A stretch of 64,000 bases of DNA from Lingula anatina (lineage: Eukaryota; Animalia; Brachiopoda). Made by a program: the position numbers and the translations under genes. Of this stretch, positions 24,825 to 37,918 are shown piece by piece; the first letter of the stretch is position 1; each line of letters opens with the position of its first letter. The notes under the pieces are model-generated. The model was not told where the DNA came from. It did no database searches and saw only the letters and a list, made by a program, of their open reading frames with translations. The stretch lies in the NCBI GenBank assembly GCA_051362555.1, contig CM120645.1, forward strand, positions 13,082,001 through 13,146,000, given 5' to 3'.

Positions 24825-26082
24825 TATGAACTCAATACAAGAAAAGAAAAACCGTTATTCTCTGCCAGTTGCCTGCTGTGATGACGTCAATTTCATACAC
24901 AAATTATGGCAGGAACTCGGTGATCTTTTACCAGATGGCACAAAGTGGATTGAACCCTTTTGTCTTCGTGTAGCCAACAACAAGGGGGTCTTGTCTGCAT
25001 GCTAAGACGTGCGTTGGAAGATGGCGTCAAAAAGCGATGTAACAAGCATAAGCGACGAATAATACATTTGGAATGCAATTTTGAGTGTTGTTCTAGCACT
25101 GTCATAAAAATTAATACACGGAATGCGTCTGAAATTTTGTAAAGAAACTTATTCAAAATTATTTTCTTAAATCAAAAGTTTGGGCATTTGATATGACCCA
25201 ACATTATGCAAATCAAACCACACTGTTTTGACTACTTAATCCCAGCACCTAATTTTAATTAAAAATGTAAATATCTAGAGCATTACCTACAATAACTATT
25301 GGATGTCCCCAAACTATTTTTGCTGTGTAATGTATAATGTATAAATGAAATGTATAATTCAACCATAAAAACTTGAGTTATTTTAATGCAGATTTGGTAA
25401 AAATGAAAGGAAAATAAGAACGAATGATTGATGTTGAAATTATTTTTCTGTTTTATTGATATCGGCTGTCCAGAATCCAAAAACATTCTAAATCAACTAA
25501 TTATGATAAAAACGAATCGTGAACACATGACAAAAATAGGATAAAATATATAACTTGCTTAACTGTAAAATTTTAGATTGTCAATCTATAAGTTAAAGCT
25601 ATAAAATTATTTTTCCTGTAAATAATAATATAATAATAAGAATGTTTATAACATAACAAGGAATGCTGACATAAATGAAAACCCAATGATCGATAAAATA
25701 TCTCGACATACATAACATACATATATAAATAGACTTTGTTTTTATAAACCTGCCCAACTTTGTAGATTCATATATTTATCACAGTTATATGTCTATCACG
25801 GCGAAGACCAAAGTCACATATAACGTCTTCTGGAGCAATGCAGTGCTTGAATAAATGGATATATGATATTCGAAACAAATACTGATTTGTTCAAAGATAA
25901 AATCCACCAAAGGAGAAACAAAATAAATAGCAAAAAATAAAAATAAAAACTGAATAGATAGTGAAAAAAGAAGATATAAAACAGGAATCACTGTCAAAAA
26001 AATACGTGCTCATATACTGGCCGACTACTCCCTGTCATGAAATGTTACAAGTGTGACTTGTTCTGTCTGATAAATCTTACGT

Positions 26083-28160
26083 TCAACTAGCTTTACTAAA
26101 AGTTACATATTCATCACTGTTAAATCCAAATTCACTTATGGCGCTGTCTGAAGCAATCCAGTGGATTTTCGGTGTCGGTATTCCGTTAAAGGAAGACACG
26201 AGGACAGTCGTATATGCCCCCATGTTGGGCACATACAACCAGTCTCCGATGTCCAGCTCGGGCAGTTGCTTGTCCAGTGCTATACAGTCGTGGGAATTGC
26301 ACGTTGGTCCCCATAAGCTGCTTTTGAAAACTGGCAGAGATTCTTTGTTCTGGAAAAAAAGAAACCTACCATAAGGAAACAAGATTGAAAAAAATTCAAA
26401 CTCAATTTGACCAAGTTGAACACCTCATTCAGAATTTCTGGCTGATCAACAGTTTAGGGATTACCATAAAGCCGAAGGTAGCATGTAAAAATGATGACCA
26501 TCAGATCCATTTAGTTATATGTACACGAATACTGCATAGTCCAAAGGATCCAGATGCGTGGCCTGCAAAATTTCTTTAAATATCTCTTAAATTAATTGTT
26601 ACAATAAGTAAAATATTATGAATTCTGTACAAGCGTTGACTGTTGAGATGTTACACAGGCTTACCTCAAGAACATAGAAATCTGGTGCATGTTTTTCAAG
26701 GATAATATGCAGAAAAAAGGATCCATGAAGACCGTCACTGAGGTAGTACATAAAAGATTTTTCTGCTTCCTCCTGTTTTCTGTACGGTTGCGGCCGCTCC
26801 ACCCGTCTAGCTATTACACGCAATGCAAGAGTGAAAGCAGACTGTACATAATAACGTCCGGGCTCTGCAATCACTTTAACATTTTCCTCCTCCGGGAAGT
26901 ATTCATCCAGTGAATTGTTAATTGCCTTGGCAATGTCAGATAATGATAGTTTTCCTTCAGTCTCATAACCGGGGAATCCACCACCGATGTCGAGGAAGTT
27001 TAAGTCGAACCCAATGGTTTTGGCTAAGTCGAAGACGCCGCGGCACAAATGCAATGTGTGCTCATAAGCATAGGTGTCTAAGCACGTGGAACCAACGTGG
27101 AAACTGAAAGTTACAATCATAAATTTGATTTCATGATATTTTTAATGTAATGTAATTCGAGGCATACTTACAGCAAATTATTATTAATGTACGAGCATAA
27201 CTGTTTTAATGTTAGATCCCAATAATTTAACTAAGAAACTATCAGAGGGGGGTACTATTTTTAAATAATAAACGACATATCAAAGCGCCACATAAATTCA
27301 CACTTTTTCTTTTTTTTTTTTAATATAAATAAAATAAATAAATAATACAGCTCAAACTATGATGAATATGATGAAAATATTACCTGAGGCCAACTACGGT
27401 CAAGTCCAGTTCCTTTGCCTTCAATAAAAGTCTTTTGCAGTTGTCAATGGCGCACCCAAATTTTTGTCCTAAATCCACAACAGCCTTTCGTACTTGAGGG
27501 AGAATCCTCAATACGAGTCTTGCACCAGGATAAAGGCTCTTTATTTTCACTAATTCATCTTCGTTATCAAATGTCATGAGGTCGACTCCTTGTTCTGAGG
27601 CACGTTTAATTTCTTCGGGATCCTTGCACGGGTTGGCGTATATAATCCTATCTGTCTCCACCCCATATCTTAGAACCTGTTGGAATTCAGCGCTACTGGC
27701 GCAGTCAAACCCCGCCCCAAGTGCCGCAATGGTCTTCACGACTGGCTCGGTGTTGTTACATTTCACGGCGTAGAAGGGTTTGACACGTGGCATCAGTTCC
27801 ACCCAGTGCTTGTGCTTGTTAACTATTTCATCCAAGTTGGCAATATAGAAAGGGCGCTGTTTAAAAAAAAAAGTGAATTAATGATAATTAATTATATGCA
27901 CGTATTATTCATTTATTTTTAGCCAAAATGAATACCCGGCCAATAGAACTTACAAAGCAAGTATCATGAGGAGTAATTGCATGGCACTATATAACGTTTG
28001 TTTCATTCGGTTGAACATCTTTTCCTGTACCTACCATATCGTCTTCTTCCTGTATCTTGTCCTTAATGAGCTGTCGCAAAGCTCGGCCCCCATGTTTTGC
28101 AGTCTTGCTTGTAGTTGTAAAGTGAGCTGCATCTGTGACCTGAATTCTTTCCGTCTTCAT
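26083..28160 (-). CDS. Ornithine decarboxylase family protein (group IV PLP decarboxylase), 434 aa, 4 exons
   Basis: Exons 28160-28035, 27856-27384, 27103-26665 and 26349-26083 total 1305 nt with GT-AG boundaries and consistent phase. Motifs: PFYAVKCN (PLP Lys), GFDCAS, IIYANPCK, SFHVGS, LDIGGGFPG, IAEPGRY, WGPTCNSHD, NMGAYT. The symbol is withheld because the substrate-site residues diverge from ODC1. Confidence 0.93.
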
Positions 28161-28248
28161 ATATACCTGCTTTGTAAATAGCGCTATTTAATGAGAGGTT
28201 GCAGCAATTCAAATATTTGCTTTGTTCTAATACTTGGGGGATCAGCTC

Positions 28249-28256
28249 CTTATATA
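28249..28256 (-). promoter_or_regulatory. TATA box of the ODC-like gene
   Basis: Minus-strand TATATAAG about 90 nt upstream of the ATG at 28160. Confidence 0.55.
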
Positions 28257-31200
28257 TATGCAGCAGGGCTTGAAGGGAAAGCCCCATTGGCCAGCTGCAT
28301 AAAGGACGTACCAAAAATTTTAAAATAAACGCAATTTACGTCAGTCGAATGAGGTCAGTGTCCATGCCCTTGTTGATTCCGGTATGTGCCCTAGTTGTTC
28401 CTTTTTCAATGTTATGCACAGGTCAGTAATTCTATGTAAGGGCACGCGAACTTTAAACAACCCGTCATACGAGACAGCTGGAAGAGTGGAGTTCCGTTTT
28501 TTTGGGCCCATTAATTTGTTTTCGGTTCTTATATAAATACAATGAAAAAGAATCTGTTGATCAAGATCTCGACAATAAGGTCACAGTAATTTACAACGTA
28601 AATAAGTAAATAAATATGTATTGTTACTACTTCCCAGGTCACAATTTAATGGAGAGAGTGACTAATATGATATTACTGAAATATGATAGTTGATGACACA
28701 AACGGCTCTAATATGAACATTTTGTAAACTGGCACGGATAGTCACCGTCGAATAGGATTGCCGTCGATTATAATGAGCGTAATGATCGAAATGTTAGATG
28801 CACTTTATTATACATATTATACATATGTTTATTTCCGGTGGACAGGTAATTATTACATATGAAGTAAACAAGGACAGATACCGTATTATACACGAAGGAT
28901 GGTCGTCTAGGATGTGTAAACATCTTTATGGTTTGGAGGGATGGACAGAGGAAGGTTTGGGGGTGGACCTGTCCTTGTGTTTGGTTCCAAATATTGGAAA
29001 TAATATGTGAAATTTCTTATTAAGAAAATTTTACTAGAACACTAGTTGATAGCTGTTTCATTTGAGGTCTCATAGATAATAAGGTATGTCTGTAAAATGG
29101 ATCCTGTTTTAATCTGTTTGTTTTTTGAATTAGTAGTTAAAAGACAAAAATGTCGATCGAAACTGTGCAAAAAAATAAAAATAAAAAATCTCCCACTAAG
29201 TTAATTTGGTCGCATTACATTTGAATAATGTCGATTGAACTCCATTTCCTTGGTAGACGTAATAATTTAGTCATGAACTATGGTAACTTGCAAGAAGCAC
29301 GTACTACTTCGAGTGTTTTCTCGACTAGGAAAACCGCATAGGAATTAATCGATTTCAAAAGACATCAATCGAAAGGGAAAGAACCTTGAATAGTTTTTGT
29401 CACAGGCATCCTGTTAGGCTGTTAACGCTTATACAAGCCCTGAAATGTTTACCGGGAAAAAAGCAAAATTTATCTTTCCGTTTGTTTTCTCAGCATATGT
29501 GTTTTTTTGGGTCATGATGTGACCTTAGTACTGCAGTGTTATGCTATCTGTCGCGTGAGACATGCCGTTCGGACCGCTCAGTCTGTCCTAGGATCCAAAA
29601 TAAAGGGTCCTAGGTCTGTCCAACCAACACAGATTTTTAGCATCGCTGAAGTCAACAATCCTTCCAAGGTGCAGTGTACATGTAACAACTGGTTGTTCCG
29701 ACAGCTTTCTAGGCTTAGTACAAAAGCAATGAGCGTTTTGCTTTTCGTGGAAATTCTAATACGTTTTCCTTAATTACAAAAATGCACCATCTAAACCCCG
29801 GTAACAAATATGTTATCGTCCAGAAACCGTTTTTTGAGTTCTGTTTTTCTAATTTTTGAGTCACTTGCGTAATGGGGGCTGCTGAATTTCACAGGTGGCG
29901 ATAAAAAAACTGAAATTTATTGCTTGAAATCGGGTCTATTGTTCCTGATTTTCTCAACAGCTTTGAATTGTTTTTAAGGAGAATTTATTAAAAATTTCAG
30001 GAATTTTTTATTTTGCTTTTCATCGATATAGCACACCTTGCATTATTGAATGACTTTCATGTTTTTACTCACAATTTAAATTATAATAAAACACATAATA
30101 AATGTTTGTGTTTAGAAACATAAGGTTTTATCGCTATTTCCTTTTCCATTATAGCAGATTGTAGTGTACTATAATAGCAGTTGTTTTATGCAGTTTTTGT
30201 ATACATCAACCGATCAAGGTGTTAGACTGGCGTGCCCTGTGTGCGTCTGACATCCTAGACATTTTACTTCTTCAGTCTGCCCGATTCCGTTTTCAATTCA
30301 TCAGAGTATTATATGGACTGAAATGCATATCTAAAAAGCATTAAGATATTAAATCACAAACGGGGAGCTTAATGACAAATAGGAGAAACCTTTATTTGTT
30401 GCAAGAGAAAAGAGAAAAATAGTACCAAAAATTCGTCAAGCTCAGTTCTTAGAAATTCTTTCCCACCAACAAAATGCCTCACTCAATTTCCACCCTGTAA
30501 TATTGCTGGTGTTACTAAACTGGTAATTAAAAAGTCCACAGTTCTTGTGAGGTTCCTCTTTTATGTATGTTTATATTTATATTTGACCCGGCAAGCCAGT
30601 CTGACAGAGTTTAATGTTTGAAAGGTCCCAATTCAATGGCATTTTTACATCATATCTAAATAATTAATATACCATGCACTGTCGCTGAATAAAATAACTA
30701 AAAAATCAAAATGGCAATTAATACAAAAAAACTGTTATTTCACACCTACAGAAAAATACCTTCTTAATTACATTATTTATATATCTTACAATATCATCAT
30801 AAACATTATATCAAAATATAATAACATAATTTACATAGATTTTGATTGAAATTCAAACAATATTATATAACTCAAGAAGCGTAACAGCACGACTCATTAT
30901 CAGACACCACAAAATTACTAGTCCTCTAAAAAATAATGAGATTTAGTTTTAAAAATATTTCTCTGTGTGAGACCAATTTCTGTTGAAAAATAAATATCAC
31001 AGGACAAATTATGATAATATTATTAGAAAAAAATATCACAGCTATAAAAGAGGTTTTACTAAATAGGGCACTGTCTTTCAGACAGGATTAAGAAAACATT
31101 GTGAATGTATAAATAACTTTTCAGAACAAAATTCTGCAATAATAAACCAGTTAGATTCATTGAGCTACCAGAAATTGTGTTTAGTTCGATGAAGATGAGG

Positions 31201-31601
31201 TAGGGCAAATGTTCATTCGTTTTACCTGTTACCAAAAGAAACTAAATCCTTCACACAAACTTTGTTGGAAATAAACCATAATTCAAGCTATCAGGCAAAA
31301 AGTTATGTAAAGTGTACTTTATGACGTGGTGCATGCCTATACAAAGGTTTGGATCATTTTTTTCACATCACACCACCTCCAACATTACCTGCAGTCGTGG
31401 AACATTTTGTTCCAAAAAAGTATTAAGTTTTAGTCTTTCAATAATCATCAAAGAAATACATATGTAAAAAAATCTGATTCTCACTCCCAGGAATTATTTG
31501 ATATAGTTTATGTTGCAATTATCAGCATTAAATCACATCTTGCACAGATTATTCAAAAGGGTTCAAGTCATATGATCAGTGCTGGCCAATCACAGATCAG
31601 A

Positions 31602-34572
31602 TTACAGAATCTCGCACCCCCAGCAGCATTGTTGTGGGTAATCTGGAGCGTACACCTGACGGTCATTGCCATACACCCAGAAACGTGTGTTGACCTCCTT
31701 CCATGTGTAGTTGACCTCTGACACTGGCACTGCTCGCAAATTGTGTTTCTGAAAGATATAGAACTTTGGGTTATTAATTTATACCTGGAATTTTCATGTT
31801 GATGGTTCTTGTATACACAGATGACAACTTCGGTCAGTCCTAATTTGGTGTAAATATATAACAAATTTCCAACTGAAATTTTACAACAGGGAATACTTAT
31901 AAATCCAAAGAAAAAACAAACAAAAAATACCCTTTATTTAATATTGCTACTTAATACCTGTTGGAGTTGGCGTTCACTTGGAAATGCTTGACTGTGTTTC
32001 TGCACAAGCTGTGCTGAAGCTATGTTGATCTGAGGGACGGGGTATCCCGTTATTGGCCAGACCTGAAATTGGATAAACCCCTAATTACTTACATCTAGGA
32101 ATACTAGACACACAGTTCTGAATTAAGTTTGTCATCATGAACTATTATACAAGCAGAACCATACAGAGTAAAAAGAAGTGGATATTGGACAAGACCATGT
32201 GGACATGATTTCAGGAGGGAAATCAGAGCGATAGAGACTGAGAGAGATCAAGAGAAAAGAATTAAGGTAAGGAGTACTCAGTATACATTTGCCTCTGTAC
32301 CTGCAACATAGTTTGCTCAAAGATTCCAATTCCTACTGCATCACGAACCAGTGTATCAGGCATGTCTGTCTCCTCCAAGATGTAATCCTCCACATGGTTA
32401 GTACTACATTAAATGATACAAAAAAATTAAAATTGCATTATTATTAATCTTTTTGTTCTATTTTATTTATTTATTCATTTATTTTTTATTATTAATTTTT
32501 TTTGCAGCAAAAACATGGTCAGTTATAAATAAAATATGTTTTATGAAATCTAATTCCTGTTGATAAATACTCACAACTTAACAGCCAGTTTGATGTAGCG
32601 CTCCAGATCTCTGTAGCCATCACACCTTTTACATGTCACTCTCCCATCCCCACCACAGTGGAAACAGCTGGAATGATGAAGAAAAACTAAGGCTGTATTC
32701 CCAGAGCTTTTAGATCGATCTTTCCCCGCGGGGAGTCTCAATAGATTACTGTCAGATAATCCGGCCTACTACAAGCTGTAAGGGGGTAATTAACTTTGGT
32801 GTCCGCTCGGCTGACAGCTATTTAGCGTGAACCCCCAGGGAGTTAGGTCGATCTAAAGTAGATCGATCTAATCTCTGGAAATGGGGTCTAAATAATTTTC
32901 TTTCTGCATTCTTAGTATATCTTTGCAAGTGTAATGTGACATTTCGTCATAATAAAGTGCTTTTTTGTGAGCTAAAAATTATTTCTGAACCATTTTTCAG
33001 AGGAAAGAGATTTAATCTTTTTCAGCTTCCTAAAAATTTACTTGCCACTTAGTCTTTAAAGTCTACTTTATCTATGCTTAAGAATTTCCCTCAACCCCAT
33101 CCTGAGAAAATATCTTCCACTATCACCATGTTAAAATTTCTACCATTCCTGGTAATCTCTGAAACTCAGAGTGCTCCAAGACCACAGTGCACCATCAAAC
33201 AAACAGGCTTGTTCCATTTTTTACAGTGCTTATCAGTCAGTTAACCATGTGTCTTCCCCCATCCCGGCCTTCACTCCTATTTTTTTCACATTTGTCTTCC
33301 TTCTTACATGAATTACCTCTATATAAACTCACACCCATTACCCTGAGTTTCAGAGTTCACTATTAAAACACCTTTGCCCTGCCCCCCCCACCATCCCGCT
33401 GACCCCCCCTCCAACTTACCAACGCCTGCCATCTCCTCCACATGAATGACAAGGCTCCTGAAAACTGTGTCCTTCTCTGTGCACTGTTCTGCGGCCATCT
33501 CCGCCACATGCGGTACATCTCACCCGTCCTGAGCCATGGCATCTAGAACAGGTCACCCATCCACGATGCTTACAGCGAAAACAGGGCTGGCGAGAAATTA
33601 AACAATTTATCATATAAATTTTAATTTTTTTCCTTGTTTTCTATATGATCTTGAATAAAATGAATGACTGATTGAGTGGTCCGTGAAAAATAAATATCAC
33701 ATTAAATCTCTTGTTTTCTTTAATTATGATCTATAATAAGGGGAGTGACTGAGTGGATGATGAAAAAAATAAACATTATACATGACTGGCCCTGTGTTCC
33801 ATAATTATGATCCATGATGAGTCGATGAAAGAAATAAAAGTTAACCTTTAGTAAGATAACATCAATGAAAGTTGTAATAATGCTGTATATGTTGCATTGC
33901 TTCATATTAACATCTAATAAGACTCTTCAATTCACCCAAACTATCTTTATCCAAGAAAAGTATTTTTTCATCAATTACCAAATAAATTTAATAACGGAAG
34001 TGGAATTGATCATTGTTTTAAATTACTATTTTTCATATCAATACATCAATTGTTTTTATCAATTAAACAATCTATATATAAATAAATGAACAAATAAATA
34101 AATGAATAAAAAGAAAAAACAACAACATTAAATCAATAATTTCCCAACAATGAAGTACCGTATGCTAAAATGGGATAGAAATAATTCTTTATATCAAACT
34201 CATTGTTTTCATTTAAAAAAAGTCTAACAGTTCTACCACTTACAATAATATCTGAGGTATGTGGTACTTTCAGATGCTTGGTGTGTGTGTTGAACATGCC
34301 ATCAGGTTCACAGGGTACCTGCCAAGGCATGGGGGGCTGGCCGTAATGAGGCCCATCTATATGTTGACCTCTGAAGGGTTCAAAGGCATGGAAGGTCTCA
34401 CGGCCCTCTGTGAAGGTGTTTAAGGTGTACTGGGGAGAAAATATGAATAATGAGTTATTATTTTTTCAAGACTTTTTTAACATCTATGTGGTTGGTATAA
34501 AAAAGATTCATACATTGGCAAATGAAAAAGGTTTTGTTAAATTTTTGAAAAACAGCAATTATTATGTGTGTG

Positions 34573-34613
<41 letters not shown>

Positions 34614-35825
34614 ATTTTTAAATTAAAACCAAGTGAGTAATATCACTACAGAGTGTCTCCAATACAACATTCTACAAATCCTAAGATCTCACTGCATAGG
34701 TATAGAATGTCTAGCTCCCCATTCTTGGTAGTGGGGATGTGTCATATGATACCAACAGGTGTGGTAGCTAAATACTAATTTTAAGATATTTTCTTTTTTG
34801 GTTTTTATACAATTTTACTCACATGCAGAGCAGCTGAGGGGGATATCTTGGTGATCACCATTTCTTTTGCAGGAGCACTGCCATAACAGCAATGCTCAGC
34901 GACAAAATTAAGCATGGCGTCCCTTGCTTGCTCCTCACTTATCATAGCAGCTCTGAAATGATTTATACAGCGCATTTATCATCAATGCCAGTCTGATATC
35001 TAATGTTTTTCTTCAATAACACAGTTCTGTTCAACAATCTTTAACTAATGTTTTGAACTCTGACTTCAATATACACCTTTTTTTTCTCAAATCATTTTGA
35101 GTGAAGCAGCCTTGATTGTCTAATTTACACCTTTCTTTTATATTCCTAGCTGGAGCTGTTAACAAATCAACCAAACGATTCAGTAAAAAACAAGTCTTAT
35201 GCTGGACCTTTCTTATATTTATATGTTTCAACTCAAAACTTAATTCTTTGAACCTTCATGTAAAATCTACAAATGAAAATCTGATAATGACCAAACTGAG
35301 CTACTATTAACAACTAAATTTAAACTTTCTAAGAAACAGTGTCTATATCTACATTTCTATATATCATTTAATAAGGGTTGGGGCTGGGCAATAACAAAAT
35401 TATTCAAATATAATATAATATAATATAATATAATATAATATTTACTGGCTGAAGTTCATAGCAGGAGGCTCTCCTTGAGGTGGATAAGGCAGAGGAGCTG
35501 GAGGAGGAAGGGCTAGTGGGTTAGCTGGAAAAACAATTAAAATGGAAAAAATTTATTTAAAGAGTTAAATTGTTTCAACATCAAGCATTAAGCTGAATTT
35601 AAAACATTCAGTTATTCTGATACAAAAGAAGGGCTTCATTTTTAAGTAAATGGCTAATTGATGTACACCTCTGAAAATACTGTTTGAATAATTATCAATA
35701 TAAGAACTTGTTCGTTGTCAGTATACATATCTATAAATACCAATATTCTTATGAAAATCATATTAATATCTTAACTGTAATCTTAAGTAAGCTAATTGAA
35801 CTATTCAAACTATAACATTAAAGAG

Positions 35826-35885
<60 letters not shown>

Positions 35886-37918
35886 AACTTAAAGGGAAAA
35901 AGTCAGAAAGAAAGTGTAAAAAAAAATTAGTTATTGATTGAGTTATTGAAAAAGGAAATTCAAGTGCACAAAAAATAAAACAAGTCTTACTTTCATTCCC
36001 AACATTTGAGTAGAACTCAAACTGATTGGTTGGTACTGGGGGAGCTGGACCTGGTCTCTCATCGTCATCACTGTCATCAGGTGTGAAAGGGCCTCCCTGT
36101 CCAGCCTGCCATTCTGAAAATATAAATACATGCACATAAATATTTTACCCAAAAACATGCTTTAAATAAATGGAAGTATTGGGTAGGTGCATGGGCATGA
36201 GCATACACATTTTTTTTAATGCTTCAAGCTTAACATAGATATAAAGATTCTTTTTAAAAAATGCTTCAAGATTAACAGACATGAAAATAAATAAAAGAAA
36301 CAGCCAAACATTTCACATTTGAATCAATTATTGAATAGAGATGTGCAAAAAGTCACTTAATTTCCTTTTGGAGACTAAATTTTTCTACAGTAGTAAGTCT
36401 TTTATACCATCTAAATTGGACAAGCTTAGGTGTAGAGAACAGAACAAAAAAAAATGATGTTAAAAAACTGGAACAGAGACAAAAAACAGAAACAAAAACA
36501 GAAATAAAAATAAAATGCACATAATATTTTTTCAGGTTAATAACTTACGTGTTGGAGCTGGCTGACCAGGTGCTCCAGGAACTTGTCCCTGGGGTGGAAA
36601 TCCTTGCTGTGGAGGCATTCCCTGCCCTGGGGGTGGACCCCCATATCCTTGACCAGGGGGTGGACCCCCATATCCTTGACCTGGGGGTGGACCCCCATAT
36701 CCCTGCCCTGGGGGTGGACCCCCATATCCTTGCCCAGGGGGTGGACCCCCATATCCTTGCTGTTGTTGTTCTATGGAAAAAAAGTAACATCTCTGTTAAA
36801 ACCACTTTAAAGATTTTTCTGTTAATGTTATAATTAATATTCTCATAAGTTCTCCCATTCTAGGTGTTTCAGGTGGTCACAATATCAGGCCTAACCAACT
36901 ACCAGACTCGGCACCTAAGGATCCTGAATTAACTGGTATATCGGACCACACTACCCGTTTTCAAGGTGTGTGTCAGATCGCATTTCGGAGTATCAGTCAG
37001 AACACCGACAGGATGAGCCCACGCTCGGCTGTCACCTTGATTGGATAGTAAATGATTGTCGTATTTAATCGCTATATGATTTTAAAACCGGGTGCATAAA
37101 TTTGAAAGCCACCTAGATGAACCTTAGACTGCCACATTAATCTAATACAATGCAAAATAGCCCTATCAAAAGTGGTTAAAACATTCAAACCGAATGTCGT
37201 AAAGTCCCCATATACCCCCATAGAGACAATGAAATAGAGTACTCTAAAGTAAGAGTACTGTTTCAGGTTGTTCAGTCGAGCGTGGATGAGCTCGCAGTCG
37301 TCCTACAAAATTTGTTCTGGGTATGATACTCCGAAATACGATCTGACACACACCTTGAAAACGGGTAGTGTGGTCCGATATACCGGTTAATTCAGGATCC
37401 TTAGGTGCCGAGTCTGGTAGTTGGGTAGGCCTGAATATGTTATGGAGTAATTTATATTGGTTCCAAGACTTGTTCGAATACTCCAAAACGCCCCCCCCCC
37501 CATGTAACCCCTGCCACATGCATGCACTGCTTGTGACGGAAAACCCTAATTTGGTGGAAATCAGAGGTAATCAGCCTGTCACCATAATGGACAACTAATC
37601 TTACTGTGATGCCCTTGATAGAACCATAGAAGTAATAGTATAACCACGATATACTTCCATTATAAAACATGCAGTCTCAACAAATGAAAGCTCACATAGA
37701 CCACTGGTGTAGAAGGTCGGCGTACTGTACTGGTAGAGCTTGCCAACATATGTTTATTGTCCAGTAGGTGTACTTAAGTTTATCAGCACCATGCTAAAAC
37801 ACCTTTACTACATTATCCTCTGGCAAGATCTCTTCAAAGATTGAGGTGATTGCCGACCTGGGTCTTATATGTACTCTTAGCAACAGAGGTAAAAAATATT
37901 GTGCTTACCTTGATACAT
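31602..37918 (-). CDS. SSUH2: Protein SSUH2 homolog (DnaJ-type CxxCxGxG zinc-finger repeats), 454 aa
   Basis: Coding exons: 37918-37909, 36770-36549, 36113-35991, 35524-35446, 34952-34823, 34429-34244, 33586-33420, 32667-32575, 32403-32301, 32062-31958, 31748-31602 (1365 nt, phases consistent). Motifs: ISEEQARDAMLNFVAEHCCYG, YTLNTFTEGR, KVPHTS, repeated CxxCxGxG, and FWVYGNDRQVYAPDYPQQCCWGCEIL*. The first micro-exon (MYQ) is less certain. A probable non-coding exon has its donor at about 38388. Confidence 0.9.
32691..32888 (+). mobile_element. MITE family A, copy 2 (SSUH2 intron)
   Basis: Matches 1239-1453, with TAA on both flanks. Confidence 0.88.
34565..34610. repeat. (TG)n microsatellite
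   Basis: TG run with a short GA interruption. Confidence 0.9.
35829..35882. repeat. (TA)n microsatellite
   Basis: Uninterrupted TA run. Confidence 0.95.
36622..36758 (-). repeat. Coding 27-bp tandem repeat x5 (GYGGPPPGQ)
   Basis: ggacccccatatcc recurs at 36635, 36662, 36689, 36716 and 36743, inside an SSUH2 exon. Confidence 0.92.
36886..37433. mobile_element. MITE family B, ~110-bp TIRs, 5-bp target duplication AATAT
   Basis: AATAT|caggcctaaccaactaccagactcggcacctaaggatcctgaatt...ggatccttaggtgccgagtctggtagttgggtaggcctg|AATAT. Confidence 0.88.

Noticed and set aside
24655-25156. ORFs downstream of the ODC-like gene
   Set aside because: The 116-aa ORF starts inside a MITE and crosses a G-run. 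The remainder has no motif or splice support that I can recognise.
36537-36833. Repetitive ORFs (MGVHPQGRD, WGSTP, GVDPHIL, GWTPISL) and a possible CRISPR-like array
   Set aside because: These are alternative frames of the SSUH2 GYGGPPPGQ exon. The repeats are contiguous with no unique spacers, and the DNA is eukaryotic.
37696-37750. Alternative SSUH2 first coding exon (MLASSTSTVRRPSTPVVY|gtgagc)
   Set aside because: Its phase-0 donor is incompatible with the phase-1 next exon, whereas the MYQ micro-exon at 37918-37909 fits.
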